A DNA stretch of 64,000 bases from a plasmid. The DNA is taken from the sequence record NZ_CP088995.1; one strand, given 5' to 3'. Positions within the stretch are counted from its first letter, which is position 1. Each line of letters starts with the position of its first letter. Positions 52,844 through 63,229 of this stretch are shown here, in pieces. The notes under the pieces are model-generated. The model did not search any database. It was given only the letters and a program-made list of their open reading frames with translations, and was not told the DNA's origin. The position numbers and the translations under genes were made by a program.

Positions 52844-52934
52844 AAAAAGCAGGGTAAACCCTGCTTCTCCCACGCCGTAAAAATCGCACGAACGGTTTTT
52901 CCGGCTTCGTTAACTACCATAAGGAGTCAACTCT

Positions 52935-53165
52935 ATGATCGTTTCTATTTTTTCACCTTCCGCAGGCGCTGTAAAGCCCCGTCGTCATTCGCGCATTCTG
53001 CGCGCAGATATCACCGCACCTGAGATTGATCCCGCTCTCAGAGCTTTCGGGCGTCATATCGCCAGAAGTCACCGCAAAGGGCGCGGTGTCCACATCCCCG
53101 CGATGAAAAATACCGCCCTCGGGCAGGTACTCCGCACGCTGGAACTGAAACGCGCATTTAACTGA
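52935..53165 (+). CDS. Hypothetical basic protein (76 aa)
   Basis: ORF only. Confidence 0.3.
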   Translation: MIVSIFSPSAGAVKPRRHSRILRADITAPEIDPALRAFGRHIARSHRKGRGVHIPAMKNTALGQVLRTLELKRAFN

Positions 53166-53216
53166 TGAGGTGAGCCGCCCCGCGAGGGGCGGCAACTGCA
53201 GGAAGGAGAAAACACA

Positions 53217-54572
53217 ATGACACCGACTACCGCACAGATCATGACGGAAAATACCGTCAGCCAGACTTACCGGGCAACTTATTCACCCGATGATAATAAA
53301 TTGCGACTTTACGCATCATTACGGCTCGATGAAGAAACGTATTCCCTGATCAACAAAGCAGGCTTTCGCTGGGCGCCCAAACAGGAACTCTTTGTGGCGC
53401 CAGCCTGGACGCCGGGGCGGGAGGATGTCCTGCTTTCCCTCGCCGGTGATATCGAGGACGAGGACAGCACCTTGTTTGATCGCCAGGAGCAGCGCGCCGG
53501 GCGGTTCAGTGACTACAGTGACCGGCGGGCGGTTGAATCGGAGCAGGCGCTTGCGCATGTTGATTCGCTGGCATCGGCTGTCCCGCTGGGACAGCCGATC
53601 CTGGTAGGCCACCACAGCGAGCGCCGCGCGCGCCGGCATGCGCAGAAAATTGAGAACGGCATGAAACGTGCGGTGATGCTGTTCGAGCGCGCCGAATACT
53701 GGGAACAGCGCGCGCAGGCCTCTCTGCGGCACGCGAAATACAAGGAGCGTCCGGATGTGCGTTACCGCCGTATCAAAAAAATCGAGGCGGAATTACGCAA
53801 GTCCCAAAAGCACATTGCCCGGTCTGAAAAGTATATGACGATGTGGCGTGCGCAGACGCTCGATCTGAAAATGGCGTTACTGGTCAGTAATTATGATCAT
53901 ATTCATGCCTGCTTCACGCTCGACAAATACCCCCGCCCGACAGAGAAAAGCCAGTATGAGGGCTCGATGTCTCTCCATTCTGCCCTGTCTGAGGAGATCA
54001 TTACTTTTGAACAGGCGCGGGATATTGCGATCCGCTGTCATGAGCGCACGATTAGCCACCAACAGCGCTGGGTTAATCATTACCAGAACCGCCTGGCCTA
54101 CGAACGCGCGATGCTTAATGAAAACGGTGGCGTTGTCACCCGAACAGAGGAATTTGAACCAGGCGGGCAGGTACTGAGCCGGGGAGAATGGTTAACCATT
54201 CTCCGGGTTAACCGGAGTCAGGGGGAGGTGAGTTCAGTCGAAACGCCCTGTTATCGCTTTCTGGGCTACAGCGGCACGATGAAACTCACGCCCGACCGTA
54301 TCACGGACTACAAAGCCCCGACAGCGGAGGAAGCCAGCGACGCGAAGAAAGCGGCGAAGCGCCCACCGATCGTCAACTATCCGGGGGAAGGGTTCCGGGA
54401 AATGACAAAGGCCGAGTGGGCGAAATTACCCGCTGATTATAAAGGCGTGCGGGGTGCTGCAGAAACCGAAACACACGGCGCTTACCGCTTCCGCCGGTGC
54501 ATGACGCACGGCTGTACGCTCGTGAATGTGTATATCACAGACATGAAAACCGTTGAAATTCCGAAAAAATGA
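53217..54572 (+). CDS. Large hypothetical leading-region protein (451 aa)
   Basis: RBS GGAAGGAG; stop overlaps next gene region. Confidence 0.5.
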   Translation: MTPTTAQIMTENTVSQTYRATYSPDDNKLRLYASLRLDEETYSLINKAGFRWAPKQELFVAPAWTPGREDVLLSLAGDIEDEDSTLFDRQEQRAGRFSDYSDRRAVESEQALAHVDSLASAVPLGQPILVGHHSERRARRHAQKIENGMKRAVMLFERAEYWEQRAQASLRHAKYKERPDVRYRRIKKIEAELRKSQKHIARSEKYMTMWRAQTLDLKMALLVSNYDHIHACFTLDKYPRPTEKSQYEGSMSLHSALSEEIITFEQARDIAIRCHERTISHQQRWVNHYQNRLAYERAMLNENGGVVTRTEEFEPGGQVLSRGEWLTILRVNRSQGEVSSVETPCYRFLGYSGTMKLTPDRITDYKAPTAEEASDAKKAAKRPPIVNYPGEGFREMTKAEWAKLPADYKGVRGAAETETHGAYRFRRCMTHGCTLVNVYITDMKTVEIPKK

Positions 54573-54619
54573 CAGGAAGGCTCCCCGGCATCTTGCCGGG
54601 GAGATCAGGGAGTACATTC

Positions 54620-55183
54620 ATGCATCATGACCTTAAACACCGTATTCAGGCGATGCGGGACAAACTGGAGGGGCGCGCCCCTGTCGCTGAAATTCAGGGG
54701 AGCTCGCAGCTTTTTGTCACCCCCGCCCCGGAATGTCGCCGGCTGGTTGAGCTGGCTGATGTCCGGGAAACCGATCGCATTCTGGAACCCAGCGCAGGAA
54801 CGGGCGCCATACTGCAGGCGATCAGGGATACAGTCCCCCGGGCGAAGTGTGACGCCGTGGAGCTGCACGCCGGATTAGTCAGCCACCTGCAGGCACGTTT
54901 CCCGGAGGTCCGGACCTGGTGCGGGGATTTTCTCGAATATCATCCGGATCGCCGGTATACCCGAATCATCATGAATCCGCCGTTTCATCGCGGTGATGAT
55001 ATCCGGCATATCCGGCGGGCATTAACTCTGCTTGAGCCTGGCGGGATTCTGACGGGCATATGTCTGGACGGCCCGCGTCAGCAAAAGGCGCTGGAGTCCC
55101 TGGCGGACGTCTGGGAGCCGTTGCCGCGGGGAACATTCACGTATACCCAGGTAGCGACCGCCATCCTCAGAATAACCGTCTGA
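54620..55183 (+). CDS. SAM-dependent methyltransferase with NPPF motif (N6-adenine MTase-like), 187 aa
   Basis: ...ILEPSAGTGAIL... (motif I) and ...RIIMNPPFHRGDD... (motif IV NPPF). Confidence 0.65.
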   Translation: MHHDLKHRIQAMRDKLEGRAPVAEIQGSSQLFVTPAPECRRLVELADVRETDRILEPSAGTGAILQAIRDTVPRAKCDAVELHAGLVSHLQARFPEVRTWCGDFLEYHPDRRYTRIIMNPPFHRGDDIRHIRRALTLLEPGGILTGICLDGPRQQKALESLADVWEPLPRGTFTYTQVATAILRITV

Positions 55184-55384
55184 TGACACGTTAAGCCGGC
55201 GGGGCACCTGTCCCCGTCTGGCCGCGCCTCGAAAGACCGCGCGCCTGCGGCGCCGGGAAAACCGGGCCGCGCTGACGCGCCGCCCGCATTTCCTTTCCGC
55301 GTCTTCCCTGTTTGCTGCCTGCTGTCTGTCTGCTTCCTCTTCTTCTCCCTGCTGTGATGCCTCTTTTTAACCCTTAAAGGCTTT

Positions 55385-55990
55385 AAAAGCACACCCACAC
55401 TGGACACCTTCGGCTCCTGGCCAGCTACGCTGTCCGGTCGTCGAGCCACACTCCGCTAACCGCGAAAAGACGCGGTAAGCTCCGCCGAACCCGCTACGCG
55501 GTTTCGGGCCTGGCGGCTAGTGTCTGATGTCTGACGTCAAGGTCAACGGCAGCGCTTGCTGCGACCGTCCCGGTCGCGCCGCTTTCACCGTGCCGGCGAT
55601 AAAGCTGCCGGCACTCTGCGGGGCAACGCCGTTTCGCGCCCGCGCTCTTCGTCGTTGCGGCGGGTGCCTGCTCCTTTCCCCTGGTACCCGTATCACCCGT
55701 TTGAGTCCATTCGCCGGGGCTGAGACAAGCACAACCCGTCTTGCTGTCCAGGGGACGGCAGGGCCTTTCGCAATAAATTTTTCCCGGCCATTCCGCTGCC
55801 GCTTCATTAGGCCGAAAAAAATTTCCCGCTCACCCCCGGACATCTGCACCGGGCCGTGCTCGTTTACGCCCTTGCGGCGAACGGCTCTCAAACGGGTGAA
55901 GGTTATATCCAGGGGGCAGGTTCAGCAGGTCCCCGCACAAAGTCAAAACCGCGGCCCCGGCAACTCAACGGGTGATGGTTTTAAAAGGCA
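55385..55990 (+). repeat. Frpo/ssi-like leading-region repeat, copy B, immediately upstream of ssb
   Basis: see copy A. Confidence 0.7.
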
Positions 55991-56015
55991 AAACAACGGA
56001 TTAAGGAGATTCATC

Positions 56016-56558
56016 ATGGCAGCACGTGGCGTTAACAAAGTCATTCTGGTTGGACATCTGGGACAGGACCCGGAAGTGCGTTACATGCCCAACGGGGGCG
56101 CAGTGGTCAATCTGACGCTGGCCACGTCTGAAACATGGCGTGACAAGCAGACGGGAGAGATGCGCGAAAACACCGAGTGGCACCGTGTTGTCATGTTCGG
56201 CAAGCTCGCGGAAGTGGCGGGTGAATACCTGCGTAAAGGCGCACAGGTCTACATCGAGGGCCAGCTGCGCACCCGCAACTGGCAGGACGATGCCGGAGTC
56301 ACGCGCTACGTCACCGAGGTGCTGGTCGGGCAGAACGGCACCCTGCAGATGCTCGGCGGCCGCCGTGAATCCGGAGTGCCTGAGAGCGCCGCGCAGCCGC
56401 AAAATCCTGCCACCCCGGCACAACCTGCTCAGGCCGCAGCTAAATCCCCGAAAGCGAAGGGCGGTAAGAAAGGCCGTCAGGATGCCGCCCCGTCTCAGCA
56501 ACCGCCTCAGCCACTCCCGGATGATTTCCCACCAATGGATGATGACGCGCCCTTTTAA
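56016..56558 (+). CDS. ssb: Plasmid single-stranded DNA-binding protein SSB (180 aa)
   Basis: [48 protein letters not shown]... OB fold and C-terminal DDDAPF tail. Confidence 0.92.
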   Translation: MAARGVNKVILVGHLGQDPEVRYMPNGGAVVNLTLATSETWRDKQTGEMRENTEWHRVVMFGKLAEVAGEYLRKGAQVYIEGQLRTRNWQDDAGVTRYVTEVLVGQNGTLQMLGGRRESGVPESAAQPQNPATPAQPAQAAAKSPKAKGGKKGRQDAAPSQQPPQPLPDDFPPMDDDAPF

Positions 56559-56606
56559 ACCACGATGAAGACGCCCCGTTCAGGCGGGGCAGAAAAGGAG
56601 AAACAC

Positions 56607-56855
56607 ATGGACCATAACGTTTTGTCCCCGCTTGTATCCCTGCCGGATGGCACGTTTACCCGCGAGCAGGCTCAGGTTGTCGCAGCGCAGTATCAGAATG
56701 TGGCGATTGAAGATGACCAGGGGACCCATTTTCGCCTTGTCGTCCGTCATCAGGATGACGGCAGCATGATCTGGCGCGTCTGGAATTTTGAACCGGGCGG
56801 CGAGGACATGATGAACCGCTACATCCGGGACTACGGAGTACGCAAAACGAAGTAA
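56607..56855 (+). CDS. Hypothetical protein (82 aa) downstream of ssb
   Basis: ORF from MDHNVLSP. Confidence 0.45.
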   Translation: MDHNVLSPLVSLPDGTFTREQAQVVAAQYQNVAIEDDQGTHFRLVVRHQDDGSMIWRVWNFEPGGEDMMNRYIRDYGVRKTK

Positions 56856-56924
56856 GCAGTAAGAAGAAGGCCGGACAGGTGGGCTGTCCGGCAGACATTC
56901 ATCAATAGCTAAGAGGTATCAATT

Positions 56925-58982
56925 ATGTCTGCAACAGAGTCTAAGGTAAAAACTGCACCGAAAACCAGCAAAAAAACGCTTAAGTCTGCCGAAGCTGAGG
57001 CGCTTAAAGTGGCTCTCGATGCCGCACAGGTCGAGTATGTCCCGGTGACGGCACTGGTGAAGTCTCCCCTGAACGTCAGGACCATTCCCTATCCGGCGGA
57101 GAAAGTCTGTTCAATGGCAGATTCCATTGAAGCCATTGGCCTGTTGCAGAATCTGGTCGTGCATAACCTCCCGGATGGTCGCTGTGGTGTGGCTGCCGGT
57201 GGTCGTCGCCTGAAAGCGCTGCAGCTCCTGCAGAGTGAAAACCGTATCGATGCCGGATATCAGGTGATGGTGAAAAAGGTACCTGATGAACTGGCTGTTG
57301 CGGCATCAATGGCAGAAAACGAACAGCAGATGGCAATGCATCCGTCTGAACAGATCGCCGGGTTCCGCACACTGGCAGAGCAGGGGAAAACCGCCGCGCA
57401 GATTGGCGATTTGCTTGGGTTCGGTACGCGTCATGTTCAGCGCATGTTGAAGCTGACCGAACTGGCTCCCGAAATTCTGGCGGCGCTGGCGAAGGATGAA
57501 ATCACCACCGAACACTGCCAGGCACTGGCGCTCGAAAGCGATCAGAAACGCCAGGTGGAAGTGCTGGAATCCGCCCGCAAACGGTCCTGGAATAATGAAG
57601 CATCAGTTTCCTCGATCCGTAACCTCATTATCTCAGAAGAGGTTTCCACAAACGGCGACAAATTCCGCTTTGTGGGAGAGGCCGCATTCAGTCCGGATGA
57701 AATCCGGGTTGATCTCTTCAGCAGCGAAAACGGCGGCTATGTCAAAAGTGCATCGCTCGATACCGCCCTGCTGGAAAAACTGCAGAACATCGCGGAGCAC
57801 CTCCGCGAAGCGGAAGGCTGGTCATGGTGTGATGGTCGTCTTGACCCGATTTCACACTACGGGAAGGACACTAAAATCTGGCGCCTGCATGCTGTCCCGC
57901 CTGTGGAATATACCGAAGCCGAATCAGAACGTCTTGCAGAGCTGGAAGCTCTGGAAGCTAAGTATGAAGACGAGAACCCCGGCGTGAATGATGACGTCGT
58001 GGCCGGGGCTCTGGAAGCCGTCTGGGAAGAACAGCAGACCATCGCGCACCGGGCAAAACACCGGGCATGGACGGATGAAATGAAGCAATCTGCCGGAGTG
58101 GTGGTTTCCTGGACTGGCCAGGAGGTGAAAGTACAGCGCGGTGTGGTGCTGTGCGCCGATGAAAAAATGGAGGAGAAGGATGCATCCACCGATCAGGCCC
58201 CTGAAAAAGTCGATCCGCTGGACGCCGTCAGTGTCCCGTTGCTGACCCGCCTTTCTTCTGAACGCACACTGGCGGTTCAGGCGGCCCTGTTGCAGCAGCC
58301 GCAGAAAGCCGTCGCGCTGATGGTCTGGAAAATGTGTAACTCGGTTTTCCATACCACAACGTCCGTCAAAGAGCCGTTCTGCATTAGCGTGAGTGTGTCG
58401 CATTACGCGCTGACCCGTGAAGCACCTGACGGTGAAAACAGCGTTGCGTTTCAGGCCATCCAGTCAGAAAAAGAACGTCTTGAAGCCCTGCTGCCGGAAA
58501 ACTGGCGAAAGGATATGACCACCTTCTTTACGCTCGATGGCGCAACCCTGATGGCACTGATGGCTTTCTGCACCGCCTGCTCCATAGATGGTGTACAGGG
58601 CAAGGATGAATCTGGTCGTAAACACCAGAGTTCGCTGGATGGGGTGGAAAACGCCATTCAGTTTGACCTTCGTGACTGGTGGAAACCGACGGCTGATAAC
58701 CTTTTCTCGCACATGAAGCTGCCACACATTGTACAGGCACTCTCTCAGGCCGGACTGGCTGGCGCAGCACAGGACGCCGCGAAGATGAAGAAAAAGGATG
58801 CCGCTGAACATGCAGAGCACTTCCTCTCAAAAATCCGTTGGGTTCCGGAATGGATGACCAGTGCTGACAATCAGAAACAGCCTGCCGCAAAGTCTGAACT
58901 CAGTCTGGCAACAAGTCAGAACGATACCGACGCTGATGCCGGCGACGTCACCGACCATAACAACCCGGCCTGCGCCGCCTGA
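56925..58982 (+). CDS. ParB/Srx-superfamily nuclease-like leading-region protein (685 aa, YubM-like)
   Basis: N-terminal ParB-like domain (...NLPDGRCGVAAGGRRLKALQL...). Confidence 0.65.
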   Translation: MSATESKVKTAPKTSKKTLKSAEAEALKVALDAAQVEYVPVTALVKSPLNVRTIPYPAEKVCSMADSIEAIGLLQNLVVHNLPDGRCGVAAGGRRLKALQLLQSENRIDAGYQVMVKKVPDELAVAASMAENEQQMAMHPSEQIAGFRTLAEQGKTAAQIGDLLGFGTRHVQRMLKLTELAPEILAALAKDEITTEHCQALALESDQKRQVEVLESARKRSWNNEASVSSIRNLIISEEVSTNGDKFRFVGEAAFSPDEIRVDLFSSENGGYVKSASLDTALLEKLQNIAEHLREAEGWSWCDGRLDPISHYGKDTKIWRLHAVPPVEYTEAESERLAELEALEAKYEDENPGVNDDVVAGALEAVWEEQQTIAHRAKHRAWTDEMKQSAGVVVSWTGQEVKVQRGVVLCADEKMEEKDASTDQAPEKVDPLDAVSVPLLTRLSSERTLAVQAALLQQPQKAVALMVWKMCNSVFHTTTSVKEPFCISVSVSHYALTREAPDGENSVAFQAIQSEKERLEALLPENWRKDMTTFFTLDGATLMALMAFCTACSIDGVQGKDESGRKHQSSLDGVENAIQFDLRDWWKPTADNLFSHMKLPHIVQALSQAGLAGAAQDAAKMKKKDAAEHAEHFLSKIRWVPEWMTSADNQKQPAAKSELSLATSQNDTDADAGDVTDHNNPACAA

Positions 58983-59026
58983 TAACGGAGACGCCGCCCT
59001 GCGGGGCGGCGATAAGGAGACTGAAA

Positions 59027-59458
59027 ATGAAAACGTTACTGACTCTGGATGTCCTGAAAACCATGTCTTCTGATGAGCTGGAAGACTACCGCGCCGCCGG
59101 TGAAGACTTTCGCCGGGAGCTGAGTCACGCTGTCATGCGCGATCTGACCTCACCGTCCGGCTGGTCCGTGAATGCCGAATACCGGTGCGAATTTGGCGGC
59201 TTCTTTCCTGTCCAGATCCGTTTTACCCCCTCTCATGGTCACTTTGATGTGGCGGTATGCAGTCCGGGGGAGTTGAATCCTCGCTGGATAGTGGTCTTTG
59301 TTACCCGTGACGGTCAGCCGTTCTCTGTCGTTCGCGTGATGGATGCATTCAACCCTGAACTCATCACCCATACTCTGGATCTCATCGAGTGTCTTGACGC
59401 CGGTGGCTACTCGTTTGCCAGCATCATCAGCACGCTGTCACAGGAGGGCGCACAATGA
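59027..59458 (+). CDS. psiB: Plasmid SOS inhibition protein PsiB (143 aa)
   Basis: MKTLLTLDVLKTMSSDELEDYRAAGEDFRRELSHAVMRDL...EFGGFFPVQIRFTP... aligns closely with F PsiB. Confidence 0.9.
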   Translation: MKTLLTLDVLKTMSSDELEDYRAAGEDFRRELSHAVMRDLTSPSGWSVNAEYRCEFGGFFPVQIRFTPSHGHFDVAVCSPGELNPRWIVVFVTRDGQPFSVVRVMDAFNPELITHTLDLIECLDAGGYSFASIISTLSQEGAQ

Positions 59459-60183
59459 TCCCGTCATCCAGTGCTCTTGTATCCCTGAAACCAGCCCGTC
59501 AGGCAGCGCTGCAGGCCATCATGACGGTGGAAGAGGCTCGCCAGCGCGGCGCACGTCTGCCATCGATGCCACACGTCCGGACATTCCTGCGCCTGCTGAC
59601 AGGCTGTAGCCGGATTAACAGTGACGTTGCCCGCCGTATTCCGGGCCTTCACCGTGATCCAAAAGACCGCCTTTCCAGCCTGAAACAGGTGGAAGAGGCG
59701 CTGGATATGCTTATCTCCAGCCACGGGGAATACTGTCCGCTGCCGCTGACAATGGATGTGCAGGCTGAACTTTTTCCGGAAGTCCTTCATACCCGAACAG
59801 TACGCAGGCTAAAACGTCAGGACTTTGCCTTCACCCGAAAAATGCGCCGTGAAGCCCGTCAGGTCGAGCAGTCCTGGTTACTGCGTCAGAACCTGCTGGG
59901 ACAGGCTGTCACAGAACTGAATTTTCAGTCACCGGAAACCGTCTGCACCTGGTACACCCGGTGGAGCGACGAGTTTGACGCGGCAGAGCTTGCAGCACCG
60001 TTCTGGCGCTGGCAGTCGCGATTCACATCGCTGAAGGAACTGGACTGGCTTCGCATCAGCGGTGAGCCGCTGTATGCAGTGATGTACGAAATTCCGTTAA
60101 TTGTCCGGGAAACACCTGAGCATATTCGTGTTGCTGAACGCTGGCAGGTGCCAAATAAGCTGGCTGATCGGAGTGGTGTATGA
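59455..60183 (+). CDS. psiA: PsiA (242 aa)
   Basis: immediately follows psiB with 4-bp overlap, size as F PsiA. Confidence 0.7.
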   Translation: MIPSSSALVSLKPARQAALQAIMTVEEARQRGARLPSMPHVRTFLRLLTGCSRINSDVARRIPGLHRDPKDRLSSLKQVEEALDMLISSHGEYCPLPLTMDVQAELFPEVLHTRTVRRLKRQDFAFTRKMRREARQVEQSWLLRQNLLGQAVTELNFQSPETVCTWYTRWSDEFDAAELAAPFWRWQSRFTSLKELDWLRISGEPLYAVMYEIPLIVRETPEHIRVAERWQVPNKLADRSGV

Positions 60184-60506
60184 AGTGGCGCTATTCTCTG
60201 CGCTGGAAACTGCCGCACAGGCCCTGCCCGGGTCCACGGGAACTGATTTCCGTTGTCGTGGAGGCTGGGCAGGCGGCACCTGAAGAGGTGATGTCACGCT
60301 GGGTGGCTGGCTCAGGTTACGCTGTATGCGTGGATTTTCACGGCCAGAAACAGATCCAACGCTGGAGCGATGAACGGAAAGCTGCGGTGAGAAGGCGCAA
60401 CATGCAGGCTCGTATTCATCGTGTTGCCCCTTTGTTTGCCGACGAGTTAATCGAGCGTGAACTGGCTGCGCGTCCGGAGTATTTCAATGGCAAGTCCGCC
60501 CGATGA
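60180..60506 (+). CDS. Hypothetical protein (108 aa)
   Basis: 4-bp overlap with psiA. Confidence 0.4.
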   Translation: MKWRYSLRWKLPHRPCPGPRELISVVVEAGQAAPEEVMSRWVAGSGYAVCVDFHGQKQIQRWSDERKAAVRRRNMQARIHRVAPLFADELIERELAARPEYFNGKSAR

Positions 60507-60534
60507 ATAAGTACAATGCTGTCTGACAACTCAG

Positions 60535-60936
60535 ATGGCCAAATACAAGGAAAGCAGAACTATGAGGTACTGGTTGCTCGTTATCTTAATGAACGTGCTG
60601 TTCTGGTTGATCGTGAAGCATGTTGCTCCGGAATGGTATGGTTCCCCTTGTTATTATGCAGGCCAGATTATCTGCACACTAATAGCTGCGGTCATCACAT
60701 GGCGTGATCCGCCTGACTGGTTAGATGGAATCCTGCTCGGCGTTATAGAATTCGGCGTTCTGATTGCCGGGATTATATTCTTTGTCTGGGGCATCGGGTA
60801 CAAGCTGGCATTCTGGGGGCAACATGATCCTAATACCATATATGCAAGTGCAAACGATGTGATTTTGCCTAATCTTGCGCTGGGCACGGGCGTCTTGATT
60901 GCGGGATGGGTATACATTAGATATTTAAAGCGCTAA
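60535..60936 (+). CDS. Inner-membrane protein (133 aa, 4 predicted TM segments)
   Basis: ORF only. Confidence 0.4.
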   Translation: MAKYKESRTMRYWLLVILMNVLFWLIVKHVAPEWYGSPCYYAGQIICTLIAAVITWRDPPDWLDGILLGVIEFGVLIAGIIFFVWGIGYKLAFWGQHDPNTIYASANDVILPNLALGTGVLIAGWVYIRYLKR

Positions 60937-61059
60937 GCAGCATAAAGCGTGGATATACCTGGTAAGAAATAGCACCGTCCCGGTATAATCGACGTGGCGC
61001 TTGAGGCTTTTTGCCTCATGACGTGAAGGTGGTTTGTTACCGTGTTGTGTGGCAAAAAG

Positions 61060-61165
61060 CAGAAAGCCCCGTAGTTAATTTTCATTAACCCACGAGGCCA
61101 CCTGTATGCCTAGACAACATCAGGATAGCCTCTTAGATGCCGCAAGGCAAGGAGAAGAAGGCCAT
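61060..61165 (-). ncRNA. sok: Candidate Sok-type antisense RNA region of the hok locus
   Basis: inferred from position relative to hok; not delimited. Confidence 0.25.
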
Positions 61166-61322
61166 GAAACTGCCGCGAAACACTCTGCTCGGGTGCGTAT
61201 TAATAGTGTGCCTCACACTGCTGATATTCACTTACCTCACCCGGAAATCACTTTGTGAAATCCGGTACAGGGACACGAACAGGGAGGTGGCGGCTTTTCT
61301 GGCTTACGAATCCGCTAAGTAG
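61164..61322 (+). CDS. hok: Hok/Gef-family type I toxin (52 aa); in-frame upstream extension from 61137 (mok-like)
   Basis: [52 protein letters not shown] matches Hok family; terminator hairpin at 61324-61350. Confidence 0.85.
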   Translation: MKLPRNTLLGCVLIVCLTLLIFTYLTRKSLCEIRYRDTNREVAAFLAYESAK

Positions 61323-62014
61323 CTAACCCCGGCGGGGGGAAGCCCCCGCCATTCAGGGGAGATGATGTCTGACAAGCCTGAAGCGCCTTTATGAAGGGGT
61401 TACCGTTCACCGGTAGCCCCTTTTTCCTGCTTACAGGAAAAAAAGCCCGCACGACAGGCGGGCAAAAATCTTTCATCTACCTACAACACAGATTCAATGA
61501 ATCGCAAGTCACATTAACATCCTTCATTCACCGTAACACCCTGTCATCAGTCTGAAAAAAAAGTGATTGATTGTGAACATTTGGGTTCTGGTGATAAGTT
61601 CTCTCTGTAGCGTAGCCCTCTTTACGGAGGGGTGGAAACAGCAACGGCAGAGTTAAAAGACCACGAGTCAGTGAGGCTGTCCAAAGGCTCCCCGGGGAAA
61701 CCCGGCGCTACATCAGGTTGCATAGCACTTAACCCGCCCGCCTGCCGGGTTTTCCTTCCGGAAAAGTGCTGCTATAACTTATTCGTGCAATGCGCGGTAT
61801 CCGCTTTCCTGGTAAATCAGTCGCCCGGTCTGCCAGGTGATACTGCAGTTCATTCCTTATATGATACAGTGATGTTCGCCTGCTTTTTAAGCAGGCTTTT
61901 TTTGTTGATTATGTATGACATCTGTCATACAGTTGATTGCGTAATGAACAGAAATTGTTCCACTTAACTCAGTGAGGCGAAGCGCAGTCGCGGGTGAGCC
62001 AAAGGAGAGCCAGC

Positions 62015-62287
62015 ATGAACTTCACGATAAAATCCCGTAAAACCGGCGAAATTTTCAGTTTTTACGCACCCGACAGTGGTGGTTATGTTCACCTGGAGTC
62101 CCCGGGGCACCCTGGTAACACCGGCGCCCAGATTTGCCGTGGTGGAGGGTTTATGGGGAGTACGCTTTCCTGTGGCGCTTCTGAGGACGATCTGGCCAGT
62201 GTTGCCCGTAAATGGTACCGACAGTTCGTGAGGGAGCGGCGCAAATTCTTAATTATGTCGGGCCAGTATTCTGAGGATAACCAGTGA
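62015..62287 (+). CDS. Hypothetical protein (90 aa)
   Basis: ORF from MNFTIKSRKTGE. Confidence 0.4.
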   Translation: MNFTIKSRKTGEIFSFYAPDSGGYVHLESPGHPGNTGAQICRGGGFMGSTLSCGASEDDLASVARKWYRQFVRERRKFLIMSGQYSEDNQ

Positions 62288-62634
62288 AAAAAGAGATCTC
62301 CCGCAACCCCTCTTTCACACCTTCGCCTAAGCTGCGAGCACATCTGAACTCCCACAGGGAAGGGGTGACTGAACGGCTGAATAATATCTTTGATCGCTAT
62401 GCGCATCTGGTTCGCGCCTGTGCCCTTCCTCTCGATGACGACGAAACACAGGTTCTGCTTAATGTTCTGAATGGCTCCGTTGTGGAACCCGCCTTTATTG
62501 AATATCTGGCTCAGGAAATTCGGGACTCGGATGATTATCTGGAAGGGATACCCGCAGCTAAATCACTGTACGAAAAGTGTCAGTCAGCGACCTATCCGCA
62601 ATTGCTGGCCACCGTCGAACGGCTCGATCGCTGA
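62284..62634 (+). CDS. Hypothetical protein (116 aa, GTG start)
   Basis: 4-bp overlap with previous ORF. Confidence 0.4.
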   Translation: MKKEISRNPSFTPSPKLRAHLNSHREGVTERLNNIFDRYAHLVRACALPLDDDETQVLLNVLNGSVVEPAFIEYLAQEIRDSDDYLEGIPAAKSLYEKCQSATYPQLLATVERLDR

Positions 62635-62648
62635 AGAAGGTAAATCCG

Positions 62649-62966
62649 ATGAGTGACGTACTTTCCTGCAGACAACTTACGGCTAATCTTAAGATGATTG
62701 CCGGGGCGATTGGCTGCCTCAACAGGAACGATGTTGCACAAATTATCAGCCTGGGCGGTGTTCCATGTTCAAAAAGCCGGGCCGACTCGATAATCCGCAG
62801 TGCCGGGGCGGAAAAAAATGCATCCGGTAATTCTCATCTTCGCGGAGCCAGAATAAAACGATCCGCAGATGTCACACCGGAAGAATTCAATGCGTTTTGT
62901 GCAGGGCTGAAAACATTTCTTGTCTCGTTTGAAACGAATAATGTGAGTGAAAACAATGATAAGTAA
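62649..62966 (+). CDS. Hypothetical protein (105 aa)
   Basis: ORF from MSDVLSCRQL. Confidence 0.4.
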   Translation: MSDVLSCRQLTANLKMIAGAIGCLNRNDVAQIISLGGVPCSKSRADSIIRSAGAEKNASGNSHLRGARIKRSADVTPEEFNAFCAGLKTFLVSFETNNVSENNDK

Positions 62967-63229
62967 GCTCCTGACCTGTCTGTGCTCCGGACAAATGCAG
63001 TTTCAGGAATTAATAAATCCCTATATATGGCAGCGTTAATTTTGTGACGCGGATTATTACATCCAGCCCGCTTATTGAGCTGTAGATATTGATTTATGTT
63101 GATTGTTCTCGATTCGTCCATTGGATCAGCCCGTTATTTCTCTGCGGGCTTTTGTTCTTATATTCCTCCGTTCCTTCCTGTGATGGCTTTATTTCCTGCT
63201 GTGTCCCTTTTTAAAACTGAAAAGGATTA

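Noticed and set aside
55527-56015. N-terminal extension of the ssb ORF (343-aa ORF 55527..56558)
   Set aside because: The upstream part is the repeat element. The true SSB start is the ATG at 56016 with a GGAG RBS, giving the canonical 180-aa protein.
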